NCBI GenBank assembly: GCA_963786365.1
Contig: CAWAYR010000018.1
Coordinates: 596,078-660,077 of the forward strand
Source: an uncultured Acidobacteriota bacterium
GTDB lineage: Bacteria > Acidobacteriota > Vicinamibacteria > Vicinamibacterales > UBA2999
Direction: 5' to 3'
Length of the DNA stretch: 64,000 nt
A model generated the notes under the pieces. That model worked only from the letters and a program-made list of their open reading frames with translations, was not told where the DNA came from and did no database searches. Made by a program: the position numbers and the translations under genes. Positions 35,269 to 48,489 of the stretch are shown here, piece after piece (position 1 is the first letter of the stretch; every line of letters starts with the position of its first letter).

Positions 35269-38200
35269 AACGAGTACTTGATCCCCAGCTGAATGACCCG
35301 GCCGTCCTCGGCCTGTGTGATCTGGCCGAACGTGCGCGGTGCCGAACGTGCCGTTCGGGCTGGGATGAAGCGCGCCTGGTTCCAGACGTTGAACGCCTCG
35401 ACGCGGGCCTGGATGCGGTGCCGGCCGGCGAAGTCGAAGTTCTTGAAGATCGACAGGTCGGTGCGCTGGAACCCCGGGCCGCGCACGGTGTTGCGGCCGG
35501 CGTTGCCGGGCCGCTCGCCGGTCTGCGGCCAGCGTCAGCGCGCGTGAAGCAGCTGGTCTCGAAGTACTCGGTCGGTGGTCTTCGGGCCCGTCGTTGGGAT
35601 CGCAGGTCGACGTCCGGGCGCGACGTCATGTAGCGGATGTCGAGCACGCCGCCGAGGCTGACCGGCACCGGGAAGCCGGTCTGCGCCTGGAAGATGCCGT
35701 TCAGCTGCCAGCCGCCGGCGATGGCCCGCAGCGACCGCCGCGCTGTCCTCGAGCCGCGGCAGTTCGTAGCCGAAGCTGAGGACGAAGCGGTGCCGGGCGT
35801 CGAACAGCGCCGGCGCCCTTCTCGGCCTCGAGCGCCTGCTCGAGGCTGGCCTCGTCGCCCTGCACCACCGGCAGCACCGGCCGCGGCTCGCCGCCGATGT
35901 TGAGGCCCGACACGTGGTCGGTGGCCTTGCCGAGCGTGTACGACGCCAGCAGGTTGAGCCCGCGCGTCGGCAGCAGGCGCAGGCTGGTCTGCAGCGAGTC
36001 GAACCACGACTGCGCCGCCGAGAAGGTCGGCCGCACCAGCGAGAACGCCGGCATGAGGCGGGCGCCGCGCGCCGTCTGGCCCGGCGCGTAGACGCCCGGG
36101 TTCACCTCGATGAAGATCGGCAGGTTGTAGCCGCGCGAGCCGACGTAGGCCACCTCGGCGCCGAGGTTGCCGGCCGACCTGCCGCTGCACGCCGACGTTG
36201 AAGTGGTAGGCGTACGGCGACTTGAAGTCGTCGCCCCAGCCGATGACCGTCAGGCTGGCGGGAACGGGTTGGGCGGGCCGGCCACCGCGGCCAGCGGATC
36301 GGCCAGGGTGATCGGCGTCGGCGTGTTCAGCTCGACCAGCGGCGTGAACGGCGGCGACAGCACGCCGCTCTGGAAGAAGTCGCCCTGCCCGGCCAGCGCG
36401 TCGTAGAACATGCCGAACGCCGCCGCGCACGCTGGTCCGGCCGTCGCCGAACGGATCCCACGCCGCCGACAGCCGCGGCGCGAAGTTGTTCTTGTCGGTC
36501 GGCACGATGCCGCGCGGCACGCCGGCGTCGCCGGGGTAGACGAGCCCGGCCGGCGCGTTCGGGAAGACGGTCGACTGCTGGCCGGTGATGGAAGCCGGTG
36601 ATGGCGTCGTTGACGTCGATGAACGGCGTCGGCAGCTCGTAGCGCAGGCCGAGGTTCACGGTGAGCTGTCGGCGTGACCCGGAAGTCGTCCTGGACGTAG
36701 CCGGCGAAGAGCCAGCCGTAGCCGTCCTGGATCGCCTGCGGTGGTCGTCGCCCGGGCCTGCGCCGGCAGGCCGAGCAGGAAGTCGGCGGCGGCGTTGCCG
36801 GTGATGCACCGCCGCTGAAGGTGAGGTCGCCGTTCGGGCGGTTGATGAAGGCGATGTTCATCGCCTCGCGGCGGACGTCGACGCCGAACTTCAGCGAGTG
36901 CCGGCCCGCGATCCAGGTGACGTCGTTGGCCGCCTGCCACACGTGGTTGACGCGCGTCACGAACGGCTGCTGCGGATCGCCGAGCGCCGGCCGTGCCGCG
37001 CGCCGAAGAAGCCCGGCGACGGCGATCGACGGCAGGCCCGGCGGCCAGCGGGTTGGTGTTGGCGAAGTTGATGCCGTAGTCGCGCGGGCTGAGGCCGCTC
37101 GTCACCGCCGGGTTGGCGCTGATGCGGTTGATCGACACGCGCGCCTGGTTGATGACGTTCGAGGCCGAGGACGTAGTTGTGCGAGGCCATGAAGTCCTGC
37201 AGCGTCGCCAGCGCCTGCTGATCGACCGGGGCGATCACCTTCGGCGTCGTCCGCTCGGTCTCGGCGCGCATGTAGCGCAGCAGCAGCGACTGGTTCTGGC
37301 GTGAGCTGGTAGTCGACGCGGGCGCCGAACTGGTCGCGGACGTCGTTGATCGTCGGCGAGACGATGTAGCGGTTGCCGGCCGAGTTGGGCAGCGGCACGA
37401 AGTCGTTGAGCAGCCTGCGCCGCCGCCGGGCTGATGCGGCTGGCGGGAATGGTGTTGTTCGGGAACGGCAGGCCGGTCAGCGGATCGCGGATCGTGGTGC
37501 GTGCCGAAGTTGCCGGCGCGCTGCGCTTCCGACAGCACGACGACGTTGTGTGGTGATGCCGGCGTCGTTGCGGTAGCCCTCGTAGTAGCCGAACCCGAAC
37601 AGCGCGGTTCCTGACGATCGGACCGCCGACCGCGGCGCCGAACTGGTTCTGCTTCAGCTCCGGCTTGGGCTGGTTGCCGGGGGCGAAGAAGTTGCGGGCC
37701 TGCAGCGCGTCGTCGCGGTTGAACTCCCACGCCGACGCCGGTGAGCGTGTTGCTGCCCGACTTGGTCACGACGTTGACCACCGAGCCGGCGTTGCGGCCG
37801 TACTCGGCGCCGAAGGCGTGGGTCAGGATCTTGAATTCCTCGATGGCGTCGGGCGGCGGCCGCAGCACGAAGCCGGTGTTGAAGGTGTCGTTGTTGGTGG
37901 CGCCGTCCATCAGGAAGTTGTTGGACTGGTTGCGCATGCCGTTGACGTTGAAGCCGCCGGTGACGTTGCCGAACCCGCCGGGCGTGGCGTCGCCGCGTCT
38001 GGCCGCCGAGGCCCGTCGGCGGCGCGACGACGCCGGGAATCAGCGTGCCGAGCTGGGTGAAGTTGCGGCCGTTGAGCGGCAGGTCGACCACCTTCTGCTC
38101 GTCGATGACGATGCCGTGGGTGGCGTTGGCGGTCTCGACCAGCGGTGGCCTCGGCGGCGACCGTCACCGTCTCGCTGATCTGGCCGACCTCCAGCTGGAA

Positions 38201-38516
38201 CGCCGCCCGCGCGGTCTCGGTGACCGTCACCCGCACGCCTTCCTGCAGTCGCGACGCGGAACCCGGCCAGCGTGGCCTTGACGTTGTAGACGCCCGGCTG
38301 CAGCAGCGGCAGCGTGTAGAGGCCGTCGTCGCCGCTGACCGCCGAGCGCACGGCGCCGGTGGCGGTGTTGGTCGCCTCGACGGTCACGCCCGGCAGCACG
38401 GCGCCCGACGTGTCGGTGACGCTGCCGGTGATCTGGCCGGTGGCCTGCGCCCACACCGCGACCGGCGCCGCGAGCAGCAGGGCCAGCATGAAACCGAGTC
38501 TCGTCATCAATCGCAT
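35265..38516 (-). CDS. TonB-dependent receptor with N-terminal carboxypeptidase regulatory-like domain (Oar-like; many frameshifts)
   Basis: [54 protein letters not shown]. Confidence 0.9.
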
Positions 38517-38662
38517 GGCGGCACCTCCGCAACGACGTCGGTCTGCAAAGTGAACCCCGCGGATGTGCCGCTTGTCAACGACGCGCCGGTGACGCGACCG
38601 TGGCATGCGGCCGATGCCGGCGCGAGATGCATCGTCGCGGTCGCGATACACTACCCGGCGCA

Positions 38663-40886
38663 ATGGCGCGGCGGCGGTGGCTGGCAGGCGTAGCGGGCAT
38701 GCTCGTGGGTGGCACGCTGTCGCTGTCGGCCCAGGACGCGCACCGTCACCGCCCCCGACGGCCGGCGCGCCCTGACCGCCGTCCGCGTCACGACGCCGGT
38801 CACGGTCGACGGTGTCCTCGACGAGGAGGTCTGGCGCACGGCGCCGCCCGCCGACCGGTTCGTGCAAAGCGATCCGCTCGAGGGCGAGCCGGCCACCGAG
38901 ACGACCGAGGTGCGCGTCGCCTTCGACGACGACTACCTCTACATCGGCGGCGCTCTGCCACGACAGCGACCCGGCCCACATCGTCGTCAACGACATCCGC
39001 AAGGACTTCGCCGGGGCCGAGCAGGACATCTTCGAGGTGCTGCTCGACACCTTCGCGGACCGGCGCAACGGGTTCGTCTTCGCCACCAACGCCGCCGGTG
39101 CCCGCGCCGACACCCAGATCGCCAACGAGGGCCGCGACGTGAACCCGAACTGGGACGCGGTGTGGTGGGTCGCCGGCCGCATCACGCCGGACGGGTGGAC
39201 GGCCGAGTTCCGCATCCCCTTCAAGACCCTGCGGTTCCAGCCCGGCGACGGCCACGACTGGGGCCTCAACTTCGCGCGCCGGATCCGGCGGAAGAACGAA
39301 GTGACCTACTGGTCCCCGGTGTCGCGCGCGTTCTCGATCGTGCGGGCGTCGTCGGCCGGGACGCTGACCGGCCTGCCCGACCTGGCCCAGGGCCGCAACA
39401 TCCGCGTCAAGCCGTTCGTGCTCGGTGACACGGTGCGGCCGCTCGGCGGCGACAGCTTCTCGGTCGACCGGCAGCGCCGGGGTCGACGTCAAGGCCGGGT
39501 TGACGCCGTCGCTGACCCTCGACGCCACCGTCAATCCCGACTTCGCCCAGGCCGAGGCCGACGAACAGCAGGTCAACCTCACGCAGTTCAGTCTGTTCTT
39601 CCCCGAGAAGCGCGAGTTCTTCCTGGAGAACTCCGGCATCTTCTACTTCGGCGACATCCCGCGCAATCAGCGTCAGACCAGTCGCTTCCGTCCGCCCGAG
39701 GAGGACCTGCTGCTGTTCTTCAGCCGCCGCATCGGGTTGACCGACGACGGCGAGCAGGTGCCGCTCTACGGCGGCCTCCGCCTCACCGGCCGCGCCGGCG
39801 GTGTCGGCCTCGGCGCCCTCAGCATGCAGAGCGAGGCGCACGACGGCGCGCCGGCCAGAACTACTCCGTCGCCCGCGTCCGCCGCGACGTCTTCGGCTCC
39901 TCGGACATCGGCGCCATCGTCATGTCGCGGCAGGCGGCCGGCGAGCAGCGGCGACTTCAACCGCGTCGTCGGCGCCGACGCCAACTTCCGGGTCCTGAAG
40001 AGCCTCAGCCTCAACGGCTTCGCCGCCCGGTCCGACACCCCCGACGAAGACCGCGGAGCAGACGGCGTCGAAGGCCGCGGATCGGCTGGGAGGACAGCCG
40101 GCTGCGCACCGCAGTATTCGATCATGAACGTCGGCGAGGGCTTCCGCGCCGACATGGGCTTCGTGCGTCGCACCGGGGTCACCCGGCACTTCGTCGACTG
40201 GGCGTCGTTCCTGCAGTCCGAGGCGCTGCAGCGGCACGGCATCCGCCAGCTCGAGCCGCACGCGCGCGCCTGGATCTATGTCGATCCGCACGGCGATCTG
40301 GCGACACGCGAAGGGCACGTCGCGCTCCAGGTGACGTGGACGCGCGGCACCTACCTCGAGTACGCGTTCGAGCCGCGCGCCGAGGCGATCACCTCGCCCT
40401 TCCGGATCCGCCCCGACGTGGTGATCCCGACCGGCCGCTACGACTGGACCCAGCACCTGTGGGTGTTCCAGAGCGATCGCAGCCGCGCCTTCTCGGTCGC
40501 CAGCCGCGTCACCCACGGCGGCTTCTGGAGCGGCTCACAGAAGAACGTGCAGACCAGCGTGCTCTACCGCCCGAACTACCGGCTGTTCGTCGACGTCGGC
40601 CTGCAGGTGACCGACATCGACCTGAGCGAACCCGACGCCTCGTTCGTGACCACGCTGGTCAACTGGCGCACCGGCTACTCGTTCACGACCAACATGTTCC
40701 TCGACGCGCTGGTGCAGTATCGCAGCGACATCGAGCAGTTCTCGGCCAACCTGCGCTTCAACCTGATCCACCGCCCGCTCAGCGACTTCTTCGTCGTCTA
40801 CAACGAGCAGCAGTACACCGACGGCGGCGCCGATCGCCGCCGGGCGCGGCGTGGTGGTGAAGTACACGCACCTGTTCTCCTTCTAG
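38663..40886 (+). CDS. DUF5916 / CBM9-like domain outer-membrane protein (frameshifted)
   Basis: VDGVLDEEVW, GWTAEFRIPFKTLRF, TVNPDFAQAEAD, FFPEKREFFLE, FFSRRIG. Confidence 0.85.
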
Positions 40887-41035
40887 GGGCTAGGGACTAG
40901 GGGCTAGGGGCTAGGACGCGCTATCGGCACGGTTCGCAGCGCTCACGCTCGTGCAGCGCGATGCCCTGCTCGAGGGTTGGTCAATGCAGCGCGACGCATG
41001 CACGCGCCAGCCCCTAGCCCCCAGTCCCTAGCCCC
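40884..41035. repeat. Inverted heptamer arrays (TAGGG(G/A)C x4-5 and AG(C/T)CCC(T/C) x4) flanking a spacer of about 93 bp between convergent genes
   Basis: Arms at 40884-40915 and 41009-41035 read directly. Confidence 0.88.
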
Positions 41036-41067
41036 GGAGATCGCGTGGCCGCTGTCAGATCAAGCGG

Positions 41068-41469
41068 TCACGAATCTCCTTGGGCGGTATTTCGCACGCG
41101 TTCGAGTGCCCGGCGATGCGGTGCCGGATGGCGGCGACGACGCGGTAGACGGGGTCGCGCAGCGGCCTCGGGCACGACCAGCGCGGCCGCCGCGAACCAC
41201 CACGGGAACGACAGGCGGCGGGCGACGCGCAGCACGGCGGTGGAGCGGAGATAGAGCCGGCCGTCCTCGATCAGGACCAGGCTGCGGGTGGCCTCACGGG
41301 TCACGCCGTGGGCGGCCAGCAGCGCCGCGCCGGCCGCATTCTGCGACGCGCCGAAGCGGAAGTAGCCGCCGGGGTCGCGGGTGGCGATGAAGCGCACCGA
41401 GCGCTCGCAGAACGCGCAGGTGCCGTCGAACAGGATGACGCCGTGTCCCTCGAGCCCGGCCGGCGCCAC
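41068..41469 (-). CDS. DCC1-like thiol-disulfide oxidoreductase (DUF393)
   Basis: ILFDGTCAFC DxxCxxC motif, FRFGASQ, YLRSTA. Confidence 0.88.
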   Translation of the reverse strand: MAPAGLEGHGVILFDGTCAFCERSVRFIATRDPGGYFRFGASQNAAGAALLAAHGVTREATRSLVLIEDGRLYLRSTAVLRVARRLSFPWWFAAAALVVPEAAARPRLPRRRRHPAPHRRALERVRNTAQGDS

Positions 41470-41481
41470 GCGGTGCCGCCG

Positions 41482-43693
41482 CTACGGGAAGAACACGCGG
41501 ACGCCGAACCGCACCGTGCGCGGCCAGCCGATCGAGCGCACCGGCGTGCGCGCCACGTCGTAGTCGCTGTCGAACAGGTTCTCCACCGCCGCGAAGGCGT
41601 GCAGCGCCCGCCAGACCGGGCGGCCGGCGAAGAGGTCGACCACTGCGTAACGGCGCAGCACCAGCGTGTTCAGGTCGTCGTCGTAGGCCTCGTCCGACGC
41701 CCGCACCTGCAGGTTGAAGGTGACGATACGCGGATCGGCCCAGACCATGCCCGCGGCCAGCGACCACGGCGGCACCTGCGTGACCTTGTTGCCTTCGATC
41801 GCCGGCGTGGCGACCGAGCCGCGGAACTCGCTCGACGTGAGGGCGAGCTGGGCGTTGAAGCTGAGGGTCGAGGTGGCGCGGACGTCGGCCTCGAACTCGG
41901 CGCCGAAGGCCCGGATCTCATCGGAGTTGGCCCGCTGGCGGGTGATCTGCGCCGGGGTGCTGCTGATCGTGATGTTGGCGATCGCGCCGTCGAGCGTGTT
42001 GAAGAAGCCGGTCACCCGCGCCGAGACCGGGCCCGACCGGCCGAGCAGGCCGGCCTCGAAGCCGGTGAGCCGCTCGGGATCGAGCGCCGGGTTGGGGTTG
42101 GTCTGGACGTTGCCGGCACGGAAGCCGCGGTGCAGCTCGTTCAGCGTCGGCGTGCGGTACGACCGCGAGGCGGCGAAGTGGGCGCCGATCGCCTCGCGCT
42201 GCCAGGCCAGCGAAACGCGGGGGCTGAAGAACGTCTCGGTGCGGTCGGACACGGCCGGGTCGATCGAACCCGCCTTCCAGCCGTCGACGCGGGCCCCGGC
42301 CGAGAGCGTCCACTCGTCGCCGAGCACGATGCGGGTCCGCAGGAACCCGGCGGTCAACAGCTCGTCGCCGCCGACGAAGAACGGTCCGGTTTGCACGTTG
42401 GTCACCGAGTAGCGGAACTCTTCGACCGTGGCCTCGGTGTCGTGGAGCTCGCCGCCGACGATGTACGAGTGGCGCCCGACGTTGCCCACCCACTGCGCCG
42501 ACGCCTGTGTGAAGTCGCTGGGGATCGTCTGGTCCATGAGCAGCCGCTCACTCGACCGATCGGCGACCAGGGCGCTGAAGGTCTGGAAGTAGTCCTGGCT
42601 GCCGTAGGACACCGCCGCCTGCCAGGCGCCGGCGGCCACGGCCCCGCCGCCGGTCAGCGCCCCCTGGCGCCAGGTCGTGTCGTTGACCTGGAGCGGCGTG
42701 CCGTTGCCGCGCTCCTCGCGGAAGCCCGACGCCCGCAGGTTGGCCCGAGCCGAGTCGCTGTGCCAGCCGAGGTCGACGACGCCGGTGCGGTAGTCGCTGT
42801 CGGCGCGGGTATCGACCACGCCGCGCTGATCCTCGGCGACGACGTAGGCGCCGTCGGTGGTGACGCCCTCGCCCGAGCGCGAAGAGCGACCAGGCGCCGC
42901 GGCTGCCGCCGGCGTAGAGCGACCCGCGGGCCGTGTCGTGCGATCCCCCGTCGAGGAATGCCCGCACGCGCGGTGCCCCCGGGGTGAAGGTCAGCAGCTG
43001 CACGACGCCGCCCAGGGCTTCGGCGCCGTAGAGGTCGCCGGTCGTGCCGCGCAGCACCTCGACGCGGTCGATGGCGGCCTGCGGCACGTGATTCCAGTAG
43101 ACCCAGCTGCCGAACGGGTCGTTGAGCGGCACGCCGTCGGTGAGCACCAGCGTGCGGCTCGCCCCCGAACCCGAGACGCCGCGCAGGGTCACGCCCTGGG
43201 TCGTCGGGTTGGCCGTGCGCGACGAGCTGCGGCGGAACAGGCTGAAGCCCGGGGTGTAGCGCAGCAGGTCGTCCATCGCGCCGGCGGCCGAGGTCAGCAC
43301 CTCGGCCGAGGTGAGCACGGTGGTGCTGGCCGGGGTCGCCAGCCGCGCATCGCCGCGGGTCGCGGTGACGGTGACGCGGTCGGTCAGGGCCGCCGGCACC
43401 AGCACGACGCGGACCTCGGTTCCGGGACGCGGCGTCACCTCGACGCTGGCGAAGCCGCGGGCGGTCACGGTGACCGGCTCGCCGCCGCCGGTCCAATCCA
43501 CGGCCCCGTCGGCCGAGGTCTCGGCGGTCGTGCCGCCGGCCGCGACCGTGGCGTGCTCAATCGGCGCGCCGGATTGGTCGACGACGACGATGCGGGCGCT
43601 CTGCGCCGACACCCCGGTCGCCGACGTCAGCAACAGGACGGCCGCCGTCCATATCGCACCAGGGTCCGAACGCGTGTGGTCATAAGCGGTCAT
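41482..43693 (-). CDS. TonB-dependent receptor (frameshift near 42880)
   Basis: Plug motifs LRG...SRTLVLTDGVPLND, RVEVLRG...LYGAEALGGVV; YRTPTLNELHR; ENLFD; C-terminal VRVFFP. Confidence 0.9.
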
Positions 43694-43821
43694 GGGCGCG
43701 CGTGGCTGCTCGCGCGCGATGTTGAAACTTTACACCACCCCTTCCCCTCCCCGGCGGCACCCCCGCGGCACCCGGCCGATCGGCCGGGGACGGCGCGAGG
43801 GGCAAGGTAGGATCGGCGGTG

Positions 43822-44615
43822 ATGGCGGACCCCGCCCGATCCGGCCGAACCGGCCGCCGCGGCGCGTTTGAACGCGGCCGCGCGACCTGGTGCTGCTCGA
43901 AGGGCCGCGCGCCCGATGGCGCGAGGTCGGGACGCTGATGCGGGTCGGCCGCGATTTCGTCCGCGGCTTCCGCGCCCTCCACTTCGTCGGGCCGTGCGTC
44001 ACGATCTTCGGCTCGGCCCGCTTCAAGGAGGACCATCCGACCTACCAGGTGGCGCGCGAGGTCGGCGCCGCCGTGGCCCGGCTCGGCTTCACGGTGATGA
44101 CCGGCGGCGGACCGGGGGTGATGGAGGCCGCCAACCGCGGGGCGCGCGAAGCCGGCGGCGTGTCGGTGGGCTGCAACATCGAGCTGACCTTCGAACAGAA
44201 CCCCAATCCGTACCTCGACCGGTGGGTCACCTGCCGCTACTTCTTCGTGCGCAAGGTGCTGCTCTTCAAGTACTCCTACGCGTTCGTCGTCCTGCCCGGC
44301 GGGCTCGGCACCCTCGACGAGCTGACCGAGGCGCTGACGCTGATCCAGACCCAGAAAATCCGCCAGTTCCCGGTCGTCCTCATGGACAAGGACTACTGGG
44401 AGCCCTTCGTCGAGATGCTGCGCACGATGGTCCAGGCGCACACGATCTCGGCCGGCGACCTCGACCTGATGCTGGTGACCGACTCGATCGACGAGGCCAT
44501 CGCCCACATCGAGCGCCACGCCATCCGCCGCTTCGGGCTGACCACGCAGGCCCGGCCGTCGCCGTGGCGATGGCTCGGCGAGCGCGCCCTGCGCGGGGCC
44601 CGGTCGCTGCGCTAG
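43822..44615 (+). CDS. LOG family (TIGR00730) Rossmann-fold protein
   Basis: VTIFGSAR, MTGGGPGVMEAANRGA, YFFVRKV, PGGLGTLDE. Confidence 0.9.
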
Positions 44616-44693
44616 TCGCGGTACGACGCCGGCGCGGCCGCAAACGTCCAGGCTGACCAGCGCTGCACGGCGGGGACACGGTAAGCTGAACAC

Positions 44694-46592
44694 ATGCGTC
44701 TCGTGAAGCTGGCCGTCGCCAGCCTCAGCCCGACCGTGGGCGCCGTCCGCAGCAACACCGCGGCAATGGTCACCGCGGCCCGCCGGATGGCCGACGACGG
44801 CGTCACGCTCGGCGCATTTCCCGAACAGGTCGTCGGCGGCTACCCGCCCGAGGACCTGGTCCAGTGGCGGGCCTTCCTCGACGCCCAGCGGCGCGCCCTC
44901 GAGTCGTTCGCCCGCGACACCGCCGACGCCGGCACGGTGCTTCGTGATCGGCCTGGCGGTGGCGGTGCAGGCGCAGCTCTTCAACGCCGCGGCGGTCGTG
45001 CACCGCGGCCGCCTCCTCGGCTGCGTGCCCAAGGAGAAGCTGCCGACCTACAACGTGTTCTACGAGGCGCGCACGTTCTCGCGCGGCGGGCCCGGGCTGG
45101 CCCTCGATGCCGACGGCGTGCCGCTCGGCGACTACCTCTTCGCGTTCGACTTCGGCACCGTCGCGGTCGAGGTCTGCGAGGACGCCTGGGCGCCCGACGG
45201 CCCGATGCGGCGCCGCTGTCTCTCGGGCGCCGAGATCGTCGTCAACGTCTCGGCGTCGCCGTACCGCCTCGGCATCGACGGCACCCGCCGCGAGATGCTG
45301 GCGACGCGCGCCGCCGACAACCAGACGGTGCTGGTCTACGCCAATGCCGTCGGCGCCCAGGACGGCCTCATCTACGACGGCGGCGGTTTCGTCTTCCAGA
45401 ACGGCCGGCTGGTGCACGAAGCGCCGCGCTTCGTCGAGGGCACGGCGGCGGCGATCGTCGACCTCGATCGCACCCGGCGGCTGCGGATGGAGCACACGAC
45501 GTGGCGGGCCGACTGCGAGGCGTTCGTCCTCCGCGAGCGCCCGGTGCCGGTCATCCGCAGTGACGCCGAGACGGCCGACACCTCCGGGTTGCCCTATCCG
45601 GCGCCGCCCGGCGGCAGCTTCTTCCTGCCGGCGCCGTCGCCGCCGCCGGTCGACGCGCGCGACGGCGCCCTCGACGAGCTGTTCGAGGCGCTGGCCCTCG
45701 GCGTGGCGAGCTACTACGGCAAGACCGCGCGCCTTCCGCTCGCTCGGGCTGGCGCTGTCGGGCGGTCGCGACTCGATGCTGACGCTGCTGGTGGCCTGGC
45801 GCGCCGCCAGCCGCATCCTCGAGGCCGCCGGCGGCGACGCGACCGCCCCGGGGCGTCTCATCACGGCGTTCTACATGCCGACCCGGCATTCGCAGGCGGA
45901 CACACGCACGGCAGCGCACGAGCTGGCCGACGCGCTCGGCGTCGCGCTGCACACCATCCCGCTCGACGAGGCCTACGACCGTGAGGTCGAGGCGGCCCAG
46001 GCCATGCTCGGTGGACAACCGCCGGGGCCGATGACGCGTCAGAACGTTCAGGCGCGGCTGCGCGGACAGCGGATGTGGAACTGGGCCAACAGCTCCGGCG
46101 CGCTGTTCCTCCAGACCGGCGACATGAGCGAGAAAGCGGTCGGCTACACGACCATCGGCGGCGACCTCGAGGGCGCCCTGTCGGTGATTGCCAACGTCCC
46201 CAAGACGGTCGTCGAGGCCCTGCTGGCGCGGCTCGACGTGCGCTTCGGCTTCGCCGGGATCGCCGCGACCCTGGCGACGCGGCCCGGCCCGGAGCTGGCC
46301 GACGGCCAGCAGGCCGAAGACGACCTGATGCCGTTCCCGATCCTCGACGCCTGCCTGCACCTCTACGCCAGCGAGAAGATGTCGCCCGACGAGATGGCCC
46401 GGGCGCTGGCCAGCGTCTGTCCCGGGGACCGACCCGGCCCACCTCGCCGCCTGCGCGACCAGGTTCGCGCGCCTCTTCACCCAGTCGATCTACAAGTGGG
46501 TGCAGTCGCCGCTGGCGCTGCACGTCGGCTCCCTCGACCTCGATCGGGAGCGCGCCCTGCAGATGCCGGTCGTGCAGCGCACCGAGTGGTGA
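44694..46592 (+). CDS. nadE: Glutamine-dependent NAD+ synthetase (frameshifted)
   Basis: Nitrilase domain (FPE, PKEKLPTYNVFYE, EVCED) plus LSGGRDS, QNVQARLRG, SEKAVGYTT.GGD. Confidence 0.92.
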
Positions 46593-46597
46593 GGCGA

Positions 46598-48463
46598 TGA
46601 CCGGTAACCGCGCTCGTGCACCGGGCGGCGCTGCTGGCGGCGGTGGTCGTCGCCGTGGCGAGCGGCGGCCCGGGACCGGCGATTGCGGGCCAGGCGCCGG
46701 CCCCGGCCGCACCGGCGCCCCAACAGGTGCCGCCGCCGGCCGAGGTCCAGCCGCCGATCTTCCGATCGGGCGTGAAGCTGGTGCTGATCGACGTCTCGGT
46801 CACCGGCAACGACGACCAGCCGCTGGCCGATCTCACGGCCGCCGACTTCGAGCTCACCGAAGACGGCGTGCCGCAGCGGGTCGAGCAGGCGACGCTGATG
46901 CGGCTGGGCGGCGAGCCCCGCAACAACGGCGAGGCGCTCGAGATCCGCTCCCAGGACCACGCCATCGCCGAAGCCGGCCGCGACGACGTCCGCGTCTTCG
47001 CGGTGTTCATGGACGACTACCACCTCGGCAGGTACCCGCAGGAGATGCTGCCGCTGCGCAAGGCCCTGTCGGATTTCCTCGGCGTGATGATGGGCCCGCT
47101 CGACCTGGCGACGGTGATGAATCCGATCACGCCGCTGAGCGCGCTGCGGTGGACCCGCGACAAGGCGACGCTGGCCCGCGAGATCCGGAAATACGAAGGC
47201 CGGATCGACAACTTCATCGGGCGCAGCCCGCTCGAGGAGTCGCAGAACCTCAGCCGCAACGTCTTCCGCGTCCGCTCGCAGGTGGTGATCTCGGCGCTGC
47301 AGGCCTTGGTGATGCACCTGTCCGGCCTGCGCGAAGGCCGCAAGACGCTGGTGGTCGTGTCGCGCGGCATCCCGCTGATGTTCGACATCTCGCTCGAGCC
47401 CGAGTTCCAGGCGATGCTGCGCGAGGCCAACCGCGGCAACGTCGTCATCCACACCCTCGACCCGCGCGGCCTCGGCCAGGGCATCTTCCCGCACGACACG
47501 CTCTACCGGATGGCCGCCGAGACCGGCGGCCAGGCGATCGTGAACACCAACAACCTCTCGGCCGGCCTCGAGCGCGTGATCCGCGACGCCAGTCACCACT
47601 ATCTGATCGGCTACACGCCGACGCGCGAGCTGAACGACGGCAAGTTCCACAAGTTCGAGGTGAAGGTGAAGCGGCGTGGGGCCCGGACCGTGGCCCGCAA
47701 GGGCTACTGGGCGCCGACCGAGGAGGAGCTGACGCCGCGGCCGGTGGAAGTGATCGAGCCGGCGGTCTCGGGCGCGCTGACCCAACTTCAGGCGCGCCAG
47801 GACGAACGGGTGGCGCATGTCACCACCGGCTTCGGGCCGGGCACCGATGGCGCCACGACGCTCCTGGTGCTGTGGAAACCGGTGCCCGGCTTCCGCGACC
47901 GTCCCGAGCGGCTGCACGTCGAAGCGCGCAGTAGCGACGGCGCCACGCTCGGCACCGCCGAAGGCCCGCTCGCCGCCGACGGCACCGGCACGGCGCGCGT
48001 GCAGGTGCCGGCCGGTGACGTGACCGTGCGCTTCACCGCCCTCGGCGCCAGTGGCGAGGTCGTGGACCGCTGGGAAGCGCCGGTGACGGTCCCGGACTTG
48101 AGCGGGCGGACGTTCGCGCTGGCCACGCCGATGTTCGTCCGCGCCCGCACGACGCTCGACTTCCAGGCGCTGCGCAAGGGCTTCGAAGGCAGACCGAGCC
48201 CCGACCGCGAGTTCCGCACCAGCGATCTCGTCGTGGTGCGGACGTCGGCCGCCGGTGGCGAGGCCGCCGCGACGGTGACCGCCGAAGTGCTGACCCGGCA
48301 AGGCAAGCCGCTGGCCTCGTGGCCGGCGCGGTTCGTCGGCGGGGAGTATCAGGTGGAACTGCCCGTCCGCTCGCTCGCCCTCGGCGAGTACGTGTTGCGC
48401 TTCACGGCGACCGGTGGCGACGCGTCGGCGGTGGCGACCGCGGCCTTCGCCATCGTCCGCTGA
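46598..48463 (+). CDS. VWA domain protein, acidobacterial VWFA-related type
   Basis: PIFRSGVKLVLIDVSVT, DLTAADFELTEDG, GRKTLVVVSRG, ETGG, YLIGYTP. Confidence 0.85.
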
Positions 48464-48489
48464 CGCGCGCCCGGGAGGCTGAGGTGCGG

